Assembly (NCBI RefSeq): GCF_018977255.1
Contig: NW_024704747.1
Coordinates: 27,962,001 to 28,026,000 of the forward strand
Direction of reading: 5' to 3'
Source: Callorhinchus milii
Taxonomy: Eukaryota
Length of the DNA stretch: 64,000 bases
Below the pieces are notes generated by a model that saw only the letters and a program-made list of their open reading frames with translations, was not told the origin of the DNA and ran no database searches. The translations under genes were made by a program, and so were the position numbers. The stretch's first letter is position 1. Each line of letters begins with the position of its first letter. This document shows positions 63,620 to 64,000 of this stretch, in pieces.

Positions 63620-64000
63620 TGTCATTTAATGCAGCGTACCTTGTCCTTGGTTCGGTTTGCCATTCTTTTATTGTTGTACATTTGCTTTCTTCTACAATCT
63701 AGAAATGATAGTCCCTTTTCAACCTTTTTGGGGGGATCCCACTAATTCATTTACCATGCTTTTTTTTTCCACAGTACCTGCACACACATTGTACTCCTGC
63801 AGGAATAATTTGCACTTGATCAGGCCTATTAGAGCTCTTGTGCTGCTGGGACATTTATTGTACACCGCCAGACTTATTTAAATATAGAGCTGGGACCAAT
63901 ATCTTCGGAAACTTGACTGCTGGGATTTTAGCCACGATTACAACACGGAATGTGTTGTAAATGGATGGCATGTTGAAGAAAGGAGCTATGATTCCTTTAC

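Larger units (their letters stand above)
15342..64000 (+). other. FMNL2: FMNL2 intron 1 (runs past the window end)
   Basis: Starts with GTGAGT. I saw no segment encoding the expected exon 2 peptide (approximately [28 protein letters not shown]) downstream. A short exon could have been missed by eye. Confidence 0.75.

Overview
This is eukaryotic DNA from a jawed vertebrate. The repeat content (Deu-domain SINEs, L2 and CR1 LINEs, a very abundant tRNA-head/L2-tail SINE) suggests a cartilaginous fish; that assignment is an inference. The only host coding sequence I can support is the first coding exon of the formin FMNL2 (15225-15341, + strand). It has about 15 kb of upstream DNA with a microsatellite-dense promoter/5'UTR, and is followed by more than 48 kb of intron 1; I did not find exon 2. 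Almost all other ORFs in the track are microsatellite or retroelement artefacts. I see no clear new multi-gene system. The most notable observations are: (i) short interspersed elements carrying a minimal hammerhead-ribozyme core of the Penelope type (about 18.9 kb and 42.9 kb); (ii) an antisense L2/SINE 3' tail 13 nt before the FMNL2 AUG whose substitutions improve a hairpin on the mRNA strand; (iii) a nested inverted-duplication complex at 4.2-5.2 kb; (iv) a recurrent 5' truncation point in the dominant SINE at the foot of a GC-rich hairpin. Repeat boundaries were read by eye and are approximate. Family names come from recalled consensus sequences, not from a database search.
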